Below, in pieces: positions 39,022 to 49,213 of a stretch of 64,000 bases of DNA; the stretch's first letter is position 1, and every line of letters begins with the position of its first letter. Under the pieces are notes generated by a model. That model made no database searches and was not told the DNA's origin. It was given only the letters and a program-made list of their open reading frames with translations. The stretch lies in contig CAZHVT010000006.1 of the NCBI GenBank assembly GCA_964536205.1, positions 8,623 to 72,622 of the forward strand. Direction: 5' to 3'. The stretch comes from an uncultured Gammaproteobacteria bacterium. GTDB taxonomy: Bacteria > Patescibacteriota > Patescibacteriia > Magasanikbacterales > GCA-002688135. The position numbers and the translations under genes are program-made.

Positions 39022-40785
39022 ATGACTGCACATCAATTACGAGAAACATACATCAAATTTTTTGTAGAGAAAGGGCATACACATATTCCATCTGCGTCTT
39101 TGGTTCCTGATAATGATCCTTCTGTATTATTTACTACAGCTGGGATGCATCCGCTTGTACCGTATTTAATGGGCGAGGCTCATCCTTCTGGTACTCGTTT
39201 GGTTGACTATCAGAAATGTGTGCGTACAGGAGATATTGATGAGGTCGGTGATAATACTCATCTTACTTTTTTTGAGATGCTGGGGAATTGGTCGCTGGGA
39301 GATTATTTTAAGGATGATTCGATTGCATGGAGTTTTGAATTTCTTACTTCAGATAAATGGCTTGGTTTATCTTTAGATATGTTGGCTGTAAGTGTTTTCG
39401 CTGGTGATGATGATGCCGCGCGTGATGAGGAGTCTGCAAAATTGTGGCTAGAGTTGGGAATTTCAGAAAAACGTATTGCGTATTTGGATAAGAATGAAAA
39501 TTGGTGGCCAGCCGGCGGAAAGCATCCTGGCCCTCAAGGACCTGACACAGAAATTTTTTATTGGACTGGGGGAGTTGATGTGCCTGAAGAATTTGATCCT
39601 GAAGATGATCGATGGGTTGAGATTTGGAATAATGTTTTTATGCAGTTTGAGAAAGTTGGGGATGATTTAAAACCGCTTGCGCAGAAGAATGTTGATACCG
39701 GAATGGGATTAGAACGAACTGCGGCTGTATTGCAAGGCCAAGTTAGCGTATACGATACAGAGTTGTTTAGACCTATTATTGAAACGATTGAGAAGTTTGC
39801 AGATGAAGGATCTTCTGAAATTTCGATTAGAATTATTTCTGATCACCTTCGGTCTGCTACGTTTATGTTGGCTGATCGAGCTGGATTAACTCCCTCAAAT
39901 GTTGATCAAGGGTATATCATTCGTCGTTTGATCCGTCGCGCAATTCGTCATGGTCGTATGATTGGTATTGAGGATGCATTTATTGTTGATATCGCTCGAG
40001 TTGTTATTTCTGAATATTCTGACGCATACCCAGAACTTTCTGAAAATCAGGATCATGTTATTGAGAGTTTGCAGCGTGAGGAAGAAAAATTTTCTAAGAC
40101 AATTAAGCGAGGTCTGAAGGAATTCGAAAAGATGATCGCGAAGCACGAGTTGTCAGGAGAACATGCATTTCAATTATTTTCTACATACGGTTTTCCACTG
40201 GAGTTAACAATTGAGCTGGCTCGTGAGAAGGGACAAGCTGTCGACCATGTGGCGTTTGATGCGGAATTTAAGAAACATCAGGATTTGTCTCGTGCAGGAG
40301 CTGGCCAGAAGTTTGCTGGTGGTTTAGCTGATAATGATCCTAAAACTGTGATGGGTCATACCGCAACTCATTTATTACATGCTGCGCTGCGTGAAGTTTT
40401 GGGAGATCATGTTGAGCAGAAGGGTTCTAACATTACTGCAAAACGTTTGAGATTTGATTTCTCTCATCCAGATAAATTGACTGATGATGAAAAAGCTCGA
40501 GTTGAAGCAATTGTGAATAGTAATATTGAGAGTGATTTACCTGTCCAATTTGAAATGCTTACAGTTGAAGAGGCTAAGGAGCGTGGGGCGATTGGATTGT
40601 TTGATGATGCATATGCAAAAATCGGAGATAAAATTAAGGTGTATTTTGTTGGTGATGCGTCATCTGAAATTTGTGGCGGTCCACATGTGCAGTCAACTGG
40701 TGAGATTGGAAGTTTTACCATCATTAAGGAAGAATCTAGTTCGCAAGGAATCCGACGTATTAAGGCGGTTGTTGGATCAGAATGA
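39022..40785 (+). CDS. alaS: Alanine--tRNA ligase (short form without the C-Ala domain)
   Basis: LFTTAGM, TFFEMLGNWS, VDTGMGLER, HTATH, CGGPH; ends at GIRRIKA. Confidence 0.96.
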   Translation: MTAHQLRETYIKFFVEKGHTHIPSASLVPDNDPSVLFTTAGMHPLVPYLMGEAHPSGTRLVDYQKCVRTGDIDEVGDNTHLTFFEMLGNWSLGDYFKDDSIAWSFEFLTSDKWLGLSLDMLAVSVFAGDDDAARDEESAKLWLELGISEKRIAYLDKNENWWPAGGKHPGPQGPDTEIFYWTGGVDVPEEFDPEDDRWVEIWNNVFMQFEKVGDDLKPLAQKNVDTGMGLERTAAVLQGQVSVYDTELFRPIIETIEKFADEGSSEISIRIISDHLRSATFMLADRAGLTPSNVDQGYIIRRLIRRAIRHGRMIGIEDAFIVDIARVVISEYSDAYPELSENQDHVIESLQREEEKFSKTIKRGLKEFEKMIAKHELSGEHAFQLFSTYGFPLELTIELAREKGQAVDHVAFDAEFKKHQDLSRAGAGQKFAGGLADNDPKTVMGHTATHLLHAALREVLGDHVEQKGSNITAKRLRFDFSHPDKLTDDEKARVEAIVNSNIESDLPVQFEMLTVEEAKERGAIGLFDDAYAKIGDKIKVYFVGDASSEICGGPHVQSTGEIGSFTIIKEESSSQGIRRIKAVVGSE

Positions 40786-40962
40786 CCAATTTTCAAATAA
40801 CAATGTTCATGTAAATTCTAAGCTCTAAACTCGAAATTCAAAAAAGTTGCGGTGTTTAGGGTTTAGTGTTTGCAATTTGAGATTTGTTTGAACATTGTTA
40901 TTTGATCATTGTATTTTTTAAGCTTGTGATTTTATCCTAGACATGTTAGAATGTTGCCAATT

Positions 40963-41181
40963 ATGCCAAAGAAAGACGACGCCATTACACTTCGAGGAAC
41001 CGTGGAGGAAGTTCTACCAGGTGCTAAATTTAAGATAAAGTTAGAATCAGGCCAAACCGTCATGGGTCATTTGGCTGGAAAGTTACGCAGATTTCGTATT
41101 CGTATTGTGATAGGTGATGATGTTCAGGTTGAATTTTCACCCTACGATCTAACGAAAGGAAGAGTCGTATACCGGTTTTAG
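40963..41181 (+). CDS. infA: Translation initiation factor IF-1
   Basis: GTVEEVLPG, FSPYDLTKGRVVYR. Confidence 0.97.
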   Translation: MPKKDDAITLRGTVEEVLPGAKFKIKLESGQTVMGHLAGKLRRFRIRIVIGDDVQVEFSPYDLTKGRVVYRF

Positions 41182-41217
41182 TCTAAAATTAGTGTAGTAT
41201 TAATCCACATGTATATA

Positions 41218-41246
41218 TTGACAAAAATGCAAGTCTTTACTATACT
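41218..41246 (+). promoter_or_regulatory. Sigma70 promoter of the rpmJ-rpsM operon
   Basis: TTGACA-N17-TATACT. Confidence 0.75.
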
Positions 41247-41350
41247 TTGGCCACAACATAATAGTTAACTAGTCAGCCAGGCTGCCCAATTATCGGGCTT
41301 AAATATGCTCCGCTGGCGATCATTTTTTTCAAGAGGAGGAAAACACGAAT

Positions 41351-41464
41351 ATGAAAGTTTCTGCGTCTGTAAAAAAACGCTGCAAAGATTGCAAAATTGT
41401 AAGACGTGGGAAACGCGTTCATGTTTTGTGTAAGACAAAAAAGCATAAGCAACGACAAGGATAA
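41351..41464 (+). CDS. rpmJ: 50S ribosomal protein L36 (zinc-binding form)
   Basis: [37 protein letters not shown]; below the ORF-track cutoff. Confidence 0.97.
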   Translation: MKVSASVKKRCKDCKIVRRGKRVHVLCKTKKHKQRQG

Positions 41465-41465
41465 T

Positions 41466-41855
41466 ATGGCAACACGTATTTCAGGAGTCATTTTAGATGA
41501 CAACAAGCGCGTACAGATTGGACTGACCAAGATTTTTGGTGTTGGGGCTACTCGTGCATTGAATATTTTGAAACAGTCTGGTGTAGATCGAAATACTAAG
41601 ATTAAAGATCTATCAGAAGCAGAGATTGCTGGAATTCGTCAGATTATTGAAAAAGATATTACAGTTGAGGGTGATTTGAGACGTGAGATTGTGTCAAATA
41701 TTCAACGATTGAAACAGATTAAATCGTATCGCGGATCACGTCATTCCCGAAACCTGCCAGTTCATGGACAACGAACAAAAACCAACAGTCGAACTGTTCG
41801 TGGAAATAAGCGAAACACGATGGGAAGCGGACGTGTCGCAGTAAGTAAAACCTAG
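41466..41855 (+). CDS. rpsM: 30S ribosomal protein S13
   Basis: MATRISGV, YRGSRH..LPVHGQRTKTN. Confidence 0.97.
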   Translation: MATRISGVILDDNKRVQIGLTKIFGVGATRALNILKQSGVDRNTKIKDLSEAEIAGIRQIIEKDITVEGDLRREIVSNIQRLKQIKSYRGSRHSRNLPVHGQRTKTNSRTVRGNKRNTMGSGRVAVSKT

Positions 41856-41858
41856 AAT

Positions 41859-42329
41859 ATGTCAGACGAACAACCATCACTAGACCCCGTCGCAGAGGCA
41901 GCAGCCGCAATTTTGGCAGCGCCGAAGCAGACAGGTGCAAAGAATAAGAATAGCAAGCGCAAGAAAAAGCGTGCTGACCGTAATGTGCCAGTAGCTATTA
42001 TTTACGTGCAGGTTAGTTATAATAATACATTGATGACAGCAACTGATTTGCAGGGTGATACGCTTGCATGGTCGTCTGCTGGTGCGTGTGGATTCCGTGG
42101 GCCTAAAAAAGCCACACCATATGCAGCGAATGTTACTACTCGTGTGTTGGTTGAAAAATGCAAGAAGTTTAATGTTAAAGAAGCTCATGTGTTTGTGAAG
42201 GGTGTTGGATCTGGTCGTGAATCTGCGATTCGATCAATTCATTCTGGAGGAATCAATGTTTTATCAATTAAGGATGTTACGCCTATTCCACATAATGGAT
42301 GCAGACGTCGTAAACCACGTAGAATTTAA
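41859..42329 (+). CDS. rpsK: 30S ribosomal protein S11
   Basis: SYNNT, KKATPYAA, DVTPIPHNGCR. Confidence 0.97.
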   Translation: MSDEQPSLDPVAEAAAAILAAPKQTGAKNKNSKRKKKRADRNVPVAIIYVQVSYNNTLMTATDLQGDTLAWSSAGACGFRGPKKATPYAANVTTRVLVEKCKKFNVKEAHVFVKGVGSGRESAIRSIHSGGINVLSIKDVTPIPHNGCRRRKPRRI

Positions 42330-42330
42330 T

Positions 42331-42951
42331 ATGCCTTCAAAAGTAGCAATGAAATGTAAAGTGTGTCGTCAGTTCGGAGAATCAGTCTGCGGACGTCCTC
42401 GCTGTGCTGTTAAACGACGTCAAACTCCTCCTGGACAACACGGGCCACTTAAAGCTGCGAAACGTCGTCGTCAAACTGATTATGGAAAGCAATTGACTGA
42501 AAAACAGAAAGCTCGTGCAATTTACAATATTTTGGAAAAGCAATTCCGCAAGTACGTTGCTTCAGCAACAACACATAAGGGAAATACTGCTGTGAATTTG
42601 CAACGCATGCTTGAGAATCGTTTAGATAATGCTGTGTATCGATTAGGACTTGCTCCTACACGTCGTGCTGCACGTCAAATGGTTGGGCATGGACTGATTT
42701 TTGTTGATGGTAAGGCGTTGAGTATTCCTTCATATCAAGTTTCAGTTGGACAAACTATTTCAGTCAAACCGAAAATTCAGAAGGGTAAATTGGGAGATTC
42801 AATTGCGCCTCGTTTGGAAAACATGACACTGCCTTCATGGCTCACACTAGATACTGCTGCTATGAGTGGGAAGGTTGTGAGCGAAGCTACTGAAGCTGAT
42901 TTTGATAAATCATTTGACGCTGGGCAAATCATCGAGTTTTACTCAAGATAA
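42331..42951 (+). CDS. rpsD: 30S ribosomal protein S4
   Basis: PPGQHG, QLTEKQK, LENRLDNAVYRLG, IIEFYSR. Confidence 0.97.
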   Translation: MPSKVAMKCKVCRQFGESVCGRPRCAVKRRQTPPGQHGPLKAAKRRRQTDYGKQLTEKQKARAIYNILEKQFRKYVASATTHKGNTAVNLQRMLENRLDNAVYRLGLAPTRRAARQMVGHGLIFVDGKALSIPSYQVSVGQTISVKPKIQKGKLGDSIAPRLENMTLPSWLTLDTAAMSGKVVSEATEADFDKSFDAGQIIEFYSR

Positions 42952-42978
42952 AAACAAATACATATTTATTCCACATCT

Positions 42979-43707
42979 ATGGAACAATTACTGCATCCAT
43001 CAATAGTCAAAATCGAAGCGGGTGAGTCTAAAGCTCATGCGCGCGCTATTGTTGAGCCATGTTATTTTGGCTACGGACAGACATTAGGAAATGCGTTGCG
43101 ACGCGTATTATTGTCATCACTGCCCGGAGCTGCTGTAACTGCAGTGAAAATTAAGGGAGTTTCTCATGAGTTTTCCTCAATGGAAGGCGTGAAAGAAGAT
43201 GTTGTAGAAATCTTATTGAATTTGAAACAGTTAAATTTGAAGTTGCATACACCAGAAGCGCGATTGAAAGTTGATGTGAAAGGTAAGAAGCAAGTCACTG
43301 CTGGAGATATTGCGCCAAATGCTGATGCTGAAGTCGCAAATCCAGAGTTAGTTATCGCTACATTAACTGATGACAAATTGGAATTTTCAATGGATATCTT
43401 GGTTGAGCAGGGTAGAGGATATATTCCAGTTGAAGAGCGAGAGACAAAAGATTTGGAATTAGGAACAATTGCGGTTGATTCAATTTACAATCCAGTCGTA
43501 AATATTGGTTACAAAACAGAAGATGTTCGTGTGGGTGATGTGACTGATTATGAACGATTGGTATTAGATATTGAAACTGATGGAACTATTGAACCAGAAG
43601 AAGCATTAAAACAGGCGTCACAAATCCTTGTAGACCATTTCACCATTGTGCGAGATGGACTTGGAGGAACACCTGCACCTGAAACTGCTGAAGAACCCGT
43701 AGAATAA
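42979..43707 (+). CDS. rpoA: RNA polymerase alpha subunit (NTD only, 242 aa)
   Basis: GYGQTLGNALRRVLLSSLPG, HEFS..GVKEDV, IETDGTI; the stop comes before any CTD. Confidence 0.96.
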   Translation: MEQLLHPSIVKIEAGESKAHARAIVEPCYFGYGQTLGNALRRVLLSSLPGAAVTAVKIKGVSHEFSSMEGVKEDVVEILLNLKQLNLKLHTPEARLKVDVKGKKQVTAGDIAPNADAEVANPELVIATLTDDKLEFSMDILVEQGRGYIPVEERETKDLELGTIAVDSIYNPVVNIGYKTEDVRVGDVTDYERLVLDIETDGTIEPEEALKQASQILVDHFTIVRDGLGGTPAPETAEEPVE

Positions 43708-43724
43708 ATTCATAATTCATAAAC

Positions 43725-44075
43725 ATGCGTCATCGAATTAAGAAAACAACTTTTGGAAGGAAGAAGGCCCCTCGCGAGGCTATGCTTCGGAACCTTGCAC
43801 AGAGTGTTGTTTTGTATGAAAAAGTCACTACGACACAAGCGAAAGCCAAGGCTATCCGGCCTATTGTTGAGAAGTTAGTTACGCGCGGTTCTGAATCTAC
43901 ATTGGCAAATCGTCGACATTTGATGAAGTATTTGTATGATGAGAAAGCTGTAAATAAAATTTTGGAGGTTTTAGGTCCGAAATATAAAGAACGAGCTGGC
44001 GGATACACACGCATTACTAAAATTGCAAATCGTTTGGGAGATAACTCTCCTATGGCGGTGATTGAATTTGTATAA
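43725..44075 (+). CDS. rplQ: 50S ribosomal protein L17
   Basis: MRHR, TTQAKAK, GGYTRI. Confidence 0.97.
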   Translation: MRHRIKKTTFGRKKAPREAMLRNLAQSVVLYEKVTTTQAKAKAIRPIVEKLVTRGSESTLANRRHLMKYLYDEKAVNKILEVLGPKYKERAGGYTRITKIANRLGDNSPMAVIEFV

Positions 44076-44076
44076 T

Positions 44077-44448
44077 ATGCCTTTTGTACAACCACAAGTA
44101 AAAAGAGAAACTCATGTGCTTGATGCAACTGGACAAACTCCGGGGCGTTTGGCTACGCAAATTTCTCGATTGCTCCAGGGAAAGCATAAGGTAAATTATG
44201 AACCACAGTGGGATCTTGGAGATTCAATTGTAGTTCAAAATGTTTCTGCTATGTCGATTTCAGAAAAGAAGGGACTACAGAAAATTTATTATCATTATTC
44301 TGGATATCCTGGTGGAATGAAGGAACGAAAATTGAAAAATGTTTTTGCAGAGCGTCCAGAACGTGTACTGTATTTAGCGGTATATCGTATGCTTCCAAAA
44401 AACAAGTTGCGTGATCGTATGATTAAACGTCTTGTTATTAATCGATAA
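44077..44448 (+). CDS. rplM: 50S ribosomal protein L13
   Basis: GRLATQI..LLQGKHK, YSGYPGG, MLPKN. Confidence 0.96.
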   Translation: MPFVQPQVKRETHVLDATGQTPGRLATQISRLLQGKHKVNYEPQWDLGDSIVVQNVSAMSISEKKGLQKIYYHYSGYPGGMKERKLKNVFAERPERVLYLAVYRMLPKNKLRDRMIKRLVINR

Positions 44449-44450
44449 GT

Positions 44451-44873
44451 ATGGCTGAAGAAAAAGTACAACAAGAAGAAACAAGAAAATATACTCCAGC
44501 TGTTGGACGTCGTAAGGCTGCAAGTGCTCGAATTCGATTATTTGAGAGTGGGAAAGGTGAGGTTGTAGTTAATGGTAAACCACTTGCTACGCATCTTCCC
44601 GTTGAAACCATGCAAACAACTGTACTCAAGCCTTTGAATGTTGTTGGGCAGGCTAAATCGTTTGATGTAAGTGCAAAAGTTTTGGGCGGGGGATTGGCTG
44701 GGCATGCGGATGCGATTTCTTTGGGAATTGCTCGCGCATTAGTTGCTCATAATCCTGAATATCGTCCCGCTTTGAAAGCCGCAGGATTGTTGATGCGAGA
44801 TGCACGAGAAAAAGAACGAAAGAAACCAGGATTGAAGAAGGCGCGTAAAGCAGCACAGTGGTCAAAACGATAA
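44451..44873 (+). CDS. rpsI: 30S ribosomal protein S9
   Basis: GRRK, ERKKPGLKKARKAAQWSKR. Confidence 0.97.
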   Translation: MAEEKVQQEETRKYTPAVGRRKAASARIRLFESGKGEVVVNGKPLATHLPVETMQTTVLKPLNVVGQAKSFDVSAKVLGGGLAGHADAISLGIARALVAHNPEYRPALKAAGLLMRDAREKERKKPGLKKARKAAQWSKR

Positions 44874-44972
44874 ACTTCAAAAAAATCAAAACCTCCTCAC
44901 GGAGGTTTTTTGGTTGACAGATGGCAGTATTGCTGTTATATTTGCAGCGGATCATTTTAATGGGGTACAGCT

Positions 44973-45893
44973 GTGAATCAAGAAAGTGTCAGATGGTATT
45001 TGAATACTGATGAGCCTGGAGTCTTTTTCACGCTTAATCTCGTAAAGATTTTAGCAGTGAATGTTGGGATTGCCCTTTTCATTTCTTTGAGCTTTAGCAT
45101 TTTTTGGTGGATTGATGATTACCAAGAATATGCAACATGGCAGGCAGTTGCTGGAAATGTGTGTCCGAGTGATCATCTTGATTTTAAATCTGCATGCCGT
45201 GATGGTTCAGAGATTCGGGATGTGATCCTTGACGAGCAATATCCTTTTGAACTGGTTCGCGGACAGCGAGAATGGCTTGATGAGCTCATTAGGGATTCAG
45301 AGCTGGATACCGGTGCAGATCACACGTCACTTGAAGATAGGGAATGGGTGGTTTCTGTAGCAAAATCTGGAGTGGTTCCTGACGATATGATTGAACCACC
45401 ATTTGAAGCAAATAATGGTTGGGGTTTATTCATATTTTCCATGAAAACCGGTGTGATTTCTACCCTTTTCTATCTTGCTTTTGTTTGTATGTTCTTGTTT
45501 TTCCAACATTCAATTACACGAACACGATACGCTGTGGTGCGTCAACGCATTGCATCATCTCTTGATTCTGACTTGTTGGGGATCTTCAACATTGCTCACC
45601 TGAAATTGCGCCGATTGCGAGATCTTGCCTCTAGTTCCACTAAGGTAGATGAACTGACAGAAGTACAGAAGACTGCTCAGCAACTCACAACTGAATTGAT
45701 TGAATTGGTTGTTATTCAGATGAGTCGTGATGAGGAGTCGCGCGTGCATCAAGTTTCTGTGCTGTCCAGTGATCTCAGTGAGGTTTCTGATGATGTTCAT
45801 CGTTTGCTTCATGTCGCGCGTGCATCTGCTGAAGCAGAAAAAGTGCATGCAGAAGCTGATGATGCACCAGATGGCGCCGTGCCATCTTCCTAA
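44973..45893 (+). CDS. Hypothetical two-TM protein with an extracytoplasmic loop and a coiled-coil tail (orphan cassette)
   Basis: Its own TTGACA promoter (~44915) and a CCCAGC/GCTGGG terminator (~45901). Confidence 0.7.
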   Translation: MNQESVRWYLNTDEPGVFFTLNLVKILAVNVGIALFISLSFSIFWWIDDYQEYATWQAVAGNVCPSDHLDFKSACRDGSEIRDVILDEQYPFELVRGQREWLDELIRDSELDTGADHTSLEDREWVVSVAKSGVVPDDMIEPPFEANNGWGLFIFSMKTGVISTLFYLAFVCMFLFFQHSITRTRYAVVRQRIASSLDSDLLGIFNIAHLKLRRLRDLASSSTKVDELTEVQKTAQQLTTELIELVVIQMSRDEESRVHQVSVLSSDLSEVSDDVHRLLHVARASAEAEKVHAEADDAPDGAVPSS

Positions 45894-45960
45894 TCAAATT
45901 CCCAGCCATATGCTGGGTTTTTTATTTGAATTTGACATGTAAACATCATATACTAGCTGT

Positions 45961-47475
45961 ATGAGAAAGAGTGTCGCTCACAATACGATCTGGCTGACCG
46001 GGAGTTTGGTAGCACAAAAAGTGCTGTCTTTTGTTTACTTTGCGATTATTGCTCGGCAGCTTGGGGTGGAGGAGACTGGATTGTATGTATTTGCTTTGGC
46101 GTTTACTGCGCTGTTTGGGATTTTCGCGGATTTTGGTCTGACGCCTGTTGTGATTCGTGAAGTCGCGAAAGAAAGAGACCATTCTCAATTTTCTCCACAT
46201 GTTAAGACTAAGTTGATCGTAAGCTTGAGATTGAAGGCACTATTCATTATTTTGTCTGCTGCAGCAGCTGTTGGTTTTGCGAAATTATTGGGATATGAAG
46301 ATCGTACGATTTGGATAGTTCTTGCGACCTCTGGTGTGATGATGCTCGATGCAATCCATGTGTTTGCATATGGAATTTTGCGCGGTGTTCAGAATTTGCG
46401 TTATGAGGCGATTGGGATGTTTGGTGGGCAGCTATTAGTTGTGCTGTTGGGAGGATATGTTTTGTATACCAGCGGTTCGATCTTTTTACTTGTCGGTGCA
46501 CTCGCAGTTGGAAGTTTATTTAATGTGATTAATGGTGTGTATCATGTTTTGCGTGCTGGCATCAAAATTCCTCTTGTTTATAAAGTCACGCTTGGAGATG
46601 TGAAGGGTTTATTACGGATGGCGTGGCCGTTTGCAGCAGCTGGAATTCTAGCAAGAGGGTATGCGCAGATTGATGTAGTTCTTCTTTCTAAGATGTCTGG
46701 ACTTTCCGCAGTTGGATTATATGCAGTTCCATCTAAGATTGTATTTGCGTTTCAGTTTATTCCGATTGCATTGGCTGCGGCATTGTATCCTGCAATGAGT
46801 CGTGCGTTTGTTGCAAGTCGTGAAAAACTTGCACGTATCGTTCATATTTCCATGACGTACTTAATGTTTCTCGCGATTCCTCTCATTGTAATTTTACTCA
46901 CAATGAGCCCAGTCATTATCACATATGTTTTCGGCGAAGCGTATATTTCGAGTATTATTTTGCTTCAGATATTGTCAATTTCGATGTTATTCGGATTCAT
47001 TGACTTTCCGATCGGATCACTGTTAAATGCGGTTCATAAGCAGCATTTGCAAACAGCTTCGATGTTTATCACGTTGTTGACTAATTTGGGACTTAACCTT
47101 GTCTTAATCCCTCGATATGGGGCTCTAGGAGCCACTATAGCGGCTGTTATTGGTCAAACCGTACTATTTATCTCTGGACTGTATTTCGCGCGTAAAGTCA
47201 TTCGTTGGGATGCATCTCTATTACTTTCACGAGCTGTGCGCATGTTAGCTAGTGGAGGAGTTGTTGCAACACTTGCCTTGCTTTTGCTTCCTCGACTTAC
47301 CATTGTTCTCGAAAATTTCTCTCAAGCCGGACAATCGTTGTATTTGTTTGCTACATTACTCGGAGCACTTGCAGGACTTGGAATCGTATATCTTATTTTG
47401 ATTTTTGTACTTCGTGCGATTACCATCGCGGAGGTAAAAACTTTTATTGGAACGTATCTAAAAAAACATGGCTAG
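45961..47475 (+). CDS. Wzx-type polysaccharide flippase
   Basis: IARQLG...ADFGLTPVVIREVA, IDVVLLS..AVGLY; about 14 TM. Confidence 0.88.
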   Translation: MRKSVAHNTIWLTGSLVAQKVLSFVYFAIIARQLGVEETGLYVFALAFTALFGIFADFGLTPVVIREVAKERDHSQFSPHVKTKLIVSLRLKALFIILSAAAAVGFAKLLGYEDRTIWIVLATSGVMMLDAIHVFAYGILRGVQNLRYEAIGMFGGQLLVVLLGGYVLYTSGSIFLLVGALAVGSLFNVINGVYHVLRAGIKIPLVYKVTLGDVKGLLRMAWPFAAAGILARGYAQIDVVLLSKMSGLSAVGLYAVPSKIVFAFQFIPIALAAALYPAMSRAFVASREKLARIVHISMTYLMFLAIPLIVILLTMSPVIITYVFGEAYISSIILLQILSISMLFGFIDFPIGSLLNAVHKQHLQTASMFITLLTNLGLNLVLIPRYGALGATIAAVIGQTVLFISGLYFARKVIRWDASLLLSRAVRMLASGGVVATLALLLLPRLTIVLENFSQAGQSLYLFATLLGALAGLGIVYLILIFVLRAITIAEVKTFIGTYLKKHG

Positions 47476-49213
47476 AATAGTATTACTTACGCTTGAATAC
47501 CCTCCATTCAAAGGAGGTGTGGCGGAATATTTAGGGGGCCTACGAAATGCATGTGACGAAGCTGGTCACGAATTTTTTGTCCTTGCACCACGTGGGGTGC
47601 ATGGTGAGGCATCTGAAGCTCACATCGAAACTCCATTCTTTTCAAAATTTATATGGCCGCGATGGCTGCTTCCTGCATTTCGATTGGCACAGAGAGTGCG
47701 AGATATCAAACCTGATTATGTGATGATTAGTCATGTGCTTCCGGTCGGTTTGATGGCGATGATTATTAAACGCCTGACTGGGATTCCATATATTAGTGTT
47801 GTGCATGGTTTGGATATAGCGAAACCGAAAGGAATTAAGCGATGGCTTATCAAACATGTTTTGAAGCGTTCTGCATTAATTATTTGTAATAGTAACAATA
47901 CAAAGAGGATTGCCGATTCTTATAACGTCGGTACAGATTCTCAAGTTGTGTATCCCGGGATTGTTCCGTTTGATCCGATTGTGTCTGCTCGTGAGGGGTA
48001 TCGGATTTTGAGTGTTGGGAGACTAGTTGAACGAAAGGGTTTTGATACATTGATTTGTGCCATGCCGAATGTCTTGAAGAAATGCCCTGATGCTCATCTC
48101 ACTATTGCGGGAGATGGTCCGCAGCGTGAAGATTTAGAAGGACTTGTCGATTCATTAGATTTGAGAGAGTCTATAACATTTGAAGGTTCTGCAGAACGTG
48201 ATCGATTGCATGCGTTGTATTCACGAAGTGATTTGTTTTGTTTGTTGCCGAGAGAAATTGACGGAGATGTTGAAGGCTTTGGAATTGTGTTTTTAGAAGC
48301 TGCGATGCACAGCTTGCCGGCTGTTGCCGGAGGTTCTGGTGGAGTGAGTGAAGCTGTGCAACATGATGTTTCTGGATTTGTGTGTGATCCAACTCATTCT
48401 GATTCGATTTCTGATCGTATTATTACGTTGCTTTCAAATGAATCAATGAGTGTTCAAATGGGAATAGATGCGCGTGAGCGAGTTTTGGAGAATTTTACTT
48501 GGGATGTAACTGCTCAACCTCTTTTGAATTGGCTGCAGCAGGAGAAAGTTTCTGTGATTATTCCTGTTTTTAATCACGCGGATGAGTTGGAGAAATGTTT
48601 AGAAAGTGTTTTTATTCAGAGTTATAAAAATATTGAAGTGATTGTTGTTGATGATGGGAGTGAGATCCCAATAGTGAACGATGATCCTCGAGTAAAACTT
48701 ATTCGACAGGAAAACAAAGGAGCGCCTGCTGCACGAAATACAGGATTTCGAAATTCAAATGGAGAGTATGTGATTTTTTGTGATGCTGACGTTGCCATGA
48801 AATCTGATATGTTGCAGCGCATGATGAGTGCGTTACATTCATCTGATGCAGCGTATGCGTATTCATCATTTTATTTCGGATTTAAAAAGTTTGCGGTTTC
48901 AGAATTTGATGCATCTCTACTCAAGAATGAAAATTATATTCATACGACGTCTTTGATTCGTCGGAGTGATTTTCCTGGATTTGATGAGTCTTTGAATCGA
49001 TTTCAGGATTGGGATTTGTGGTTGAGTATGCTTGAGCAGAACAAAAAAGGAGTTGGGATTTCTGAAGTGTTATTTTCTGTGAAACCACGCAAACTCGGCA
49101 TGAGTCATTGGCTTCCACGCTTTGCATATAGATTTTCAAAACTTCCGCAAGTAAAATCGTATAACGATGCGAAGCAAGTCATTAATACAAAACATTCGTT
49201 ACATGAAGCGTAA
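47468..49213 (+). CDS. Fused GT4-GT2 glycosyltransferase
   Basis: GT4: VGRLVERKG, EGFGIVFLEA. GT2: VSVIIPVFN, VDDGS, ARNTG, DAD. Confidence 0.9.
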   Translation: MARIVLLTLEYPPFKGGVAEYLGGLRNACDEAGHEFFVLAPRGVHGEASEAHIETPFFSKFIWPRWLLPAFRLAQRVRDIKPDYVMISHVLPVGLMAMIIKRLTGIPYISVVHGLDIAKPKGIKRWLIKHVLKRSALIICNSNNTKRIADSYNVGTDSQVVYPGIVPFDPIVSAREGYRILSVGRLVERKGFDTLICAMPNVLKKCPDAHLTIAGDGPQREDLEGLVDSLDLRESITFEGSAERDRLHALYSRSDLFCLLPREIDGDVEGFGIVFLEAAMHSLPAVAGGSGGVSEAVQHDVSGFVCDPTHSDSISDRIITLLSNESMSVQMGIDARERVLENFTWDVTAQPLLNWLQQEKVSVIIPVFNHADELEKCLESVFIQSYKNIEVIVVDDGSEIPIVNDDPRVKLIRQENKGAPAARNTGFRNSNGEYVIFCDADVAMKSDMLQRMMSALHSSDAAYAYSSFYFGFKKFAVSEFDASLLKNENYIHTTSLIRRSDFPGFDESLNRFQDWDLWLSMLEQNKKGVGISEVLFSVKPRKLGMSHWLPRFAYRFSKLPQVKSYNDAKQVINTKHSLHEA

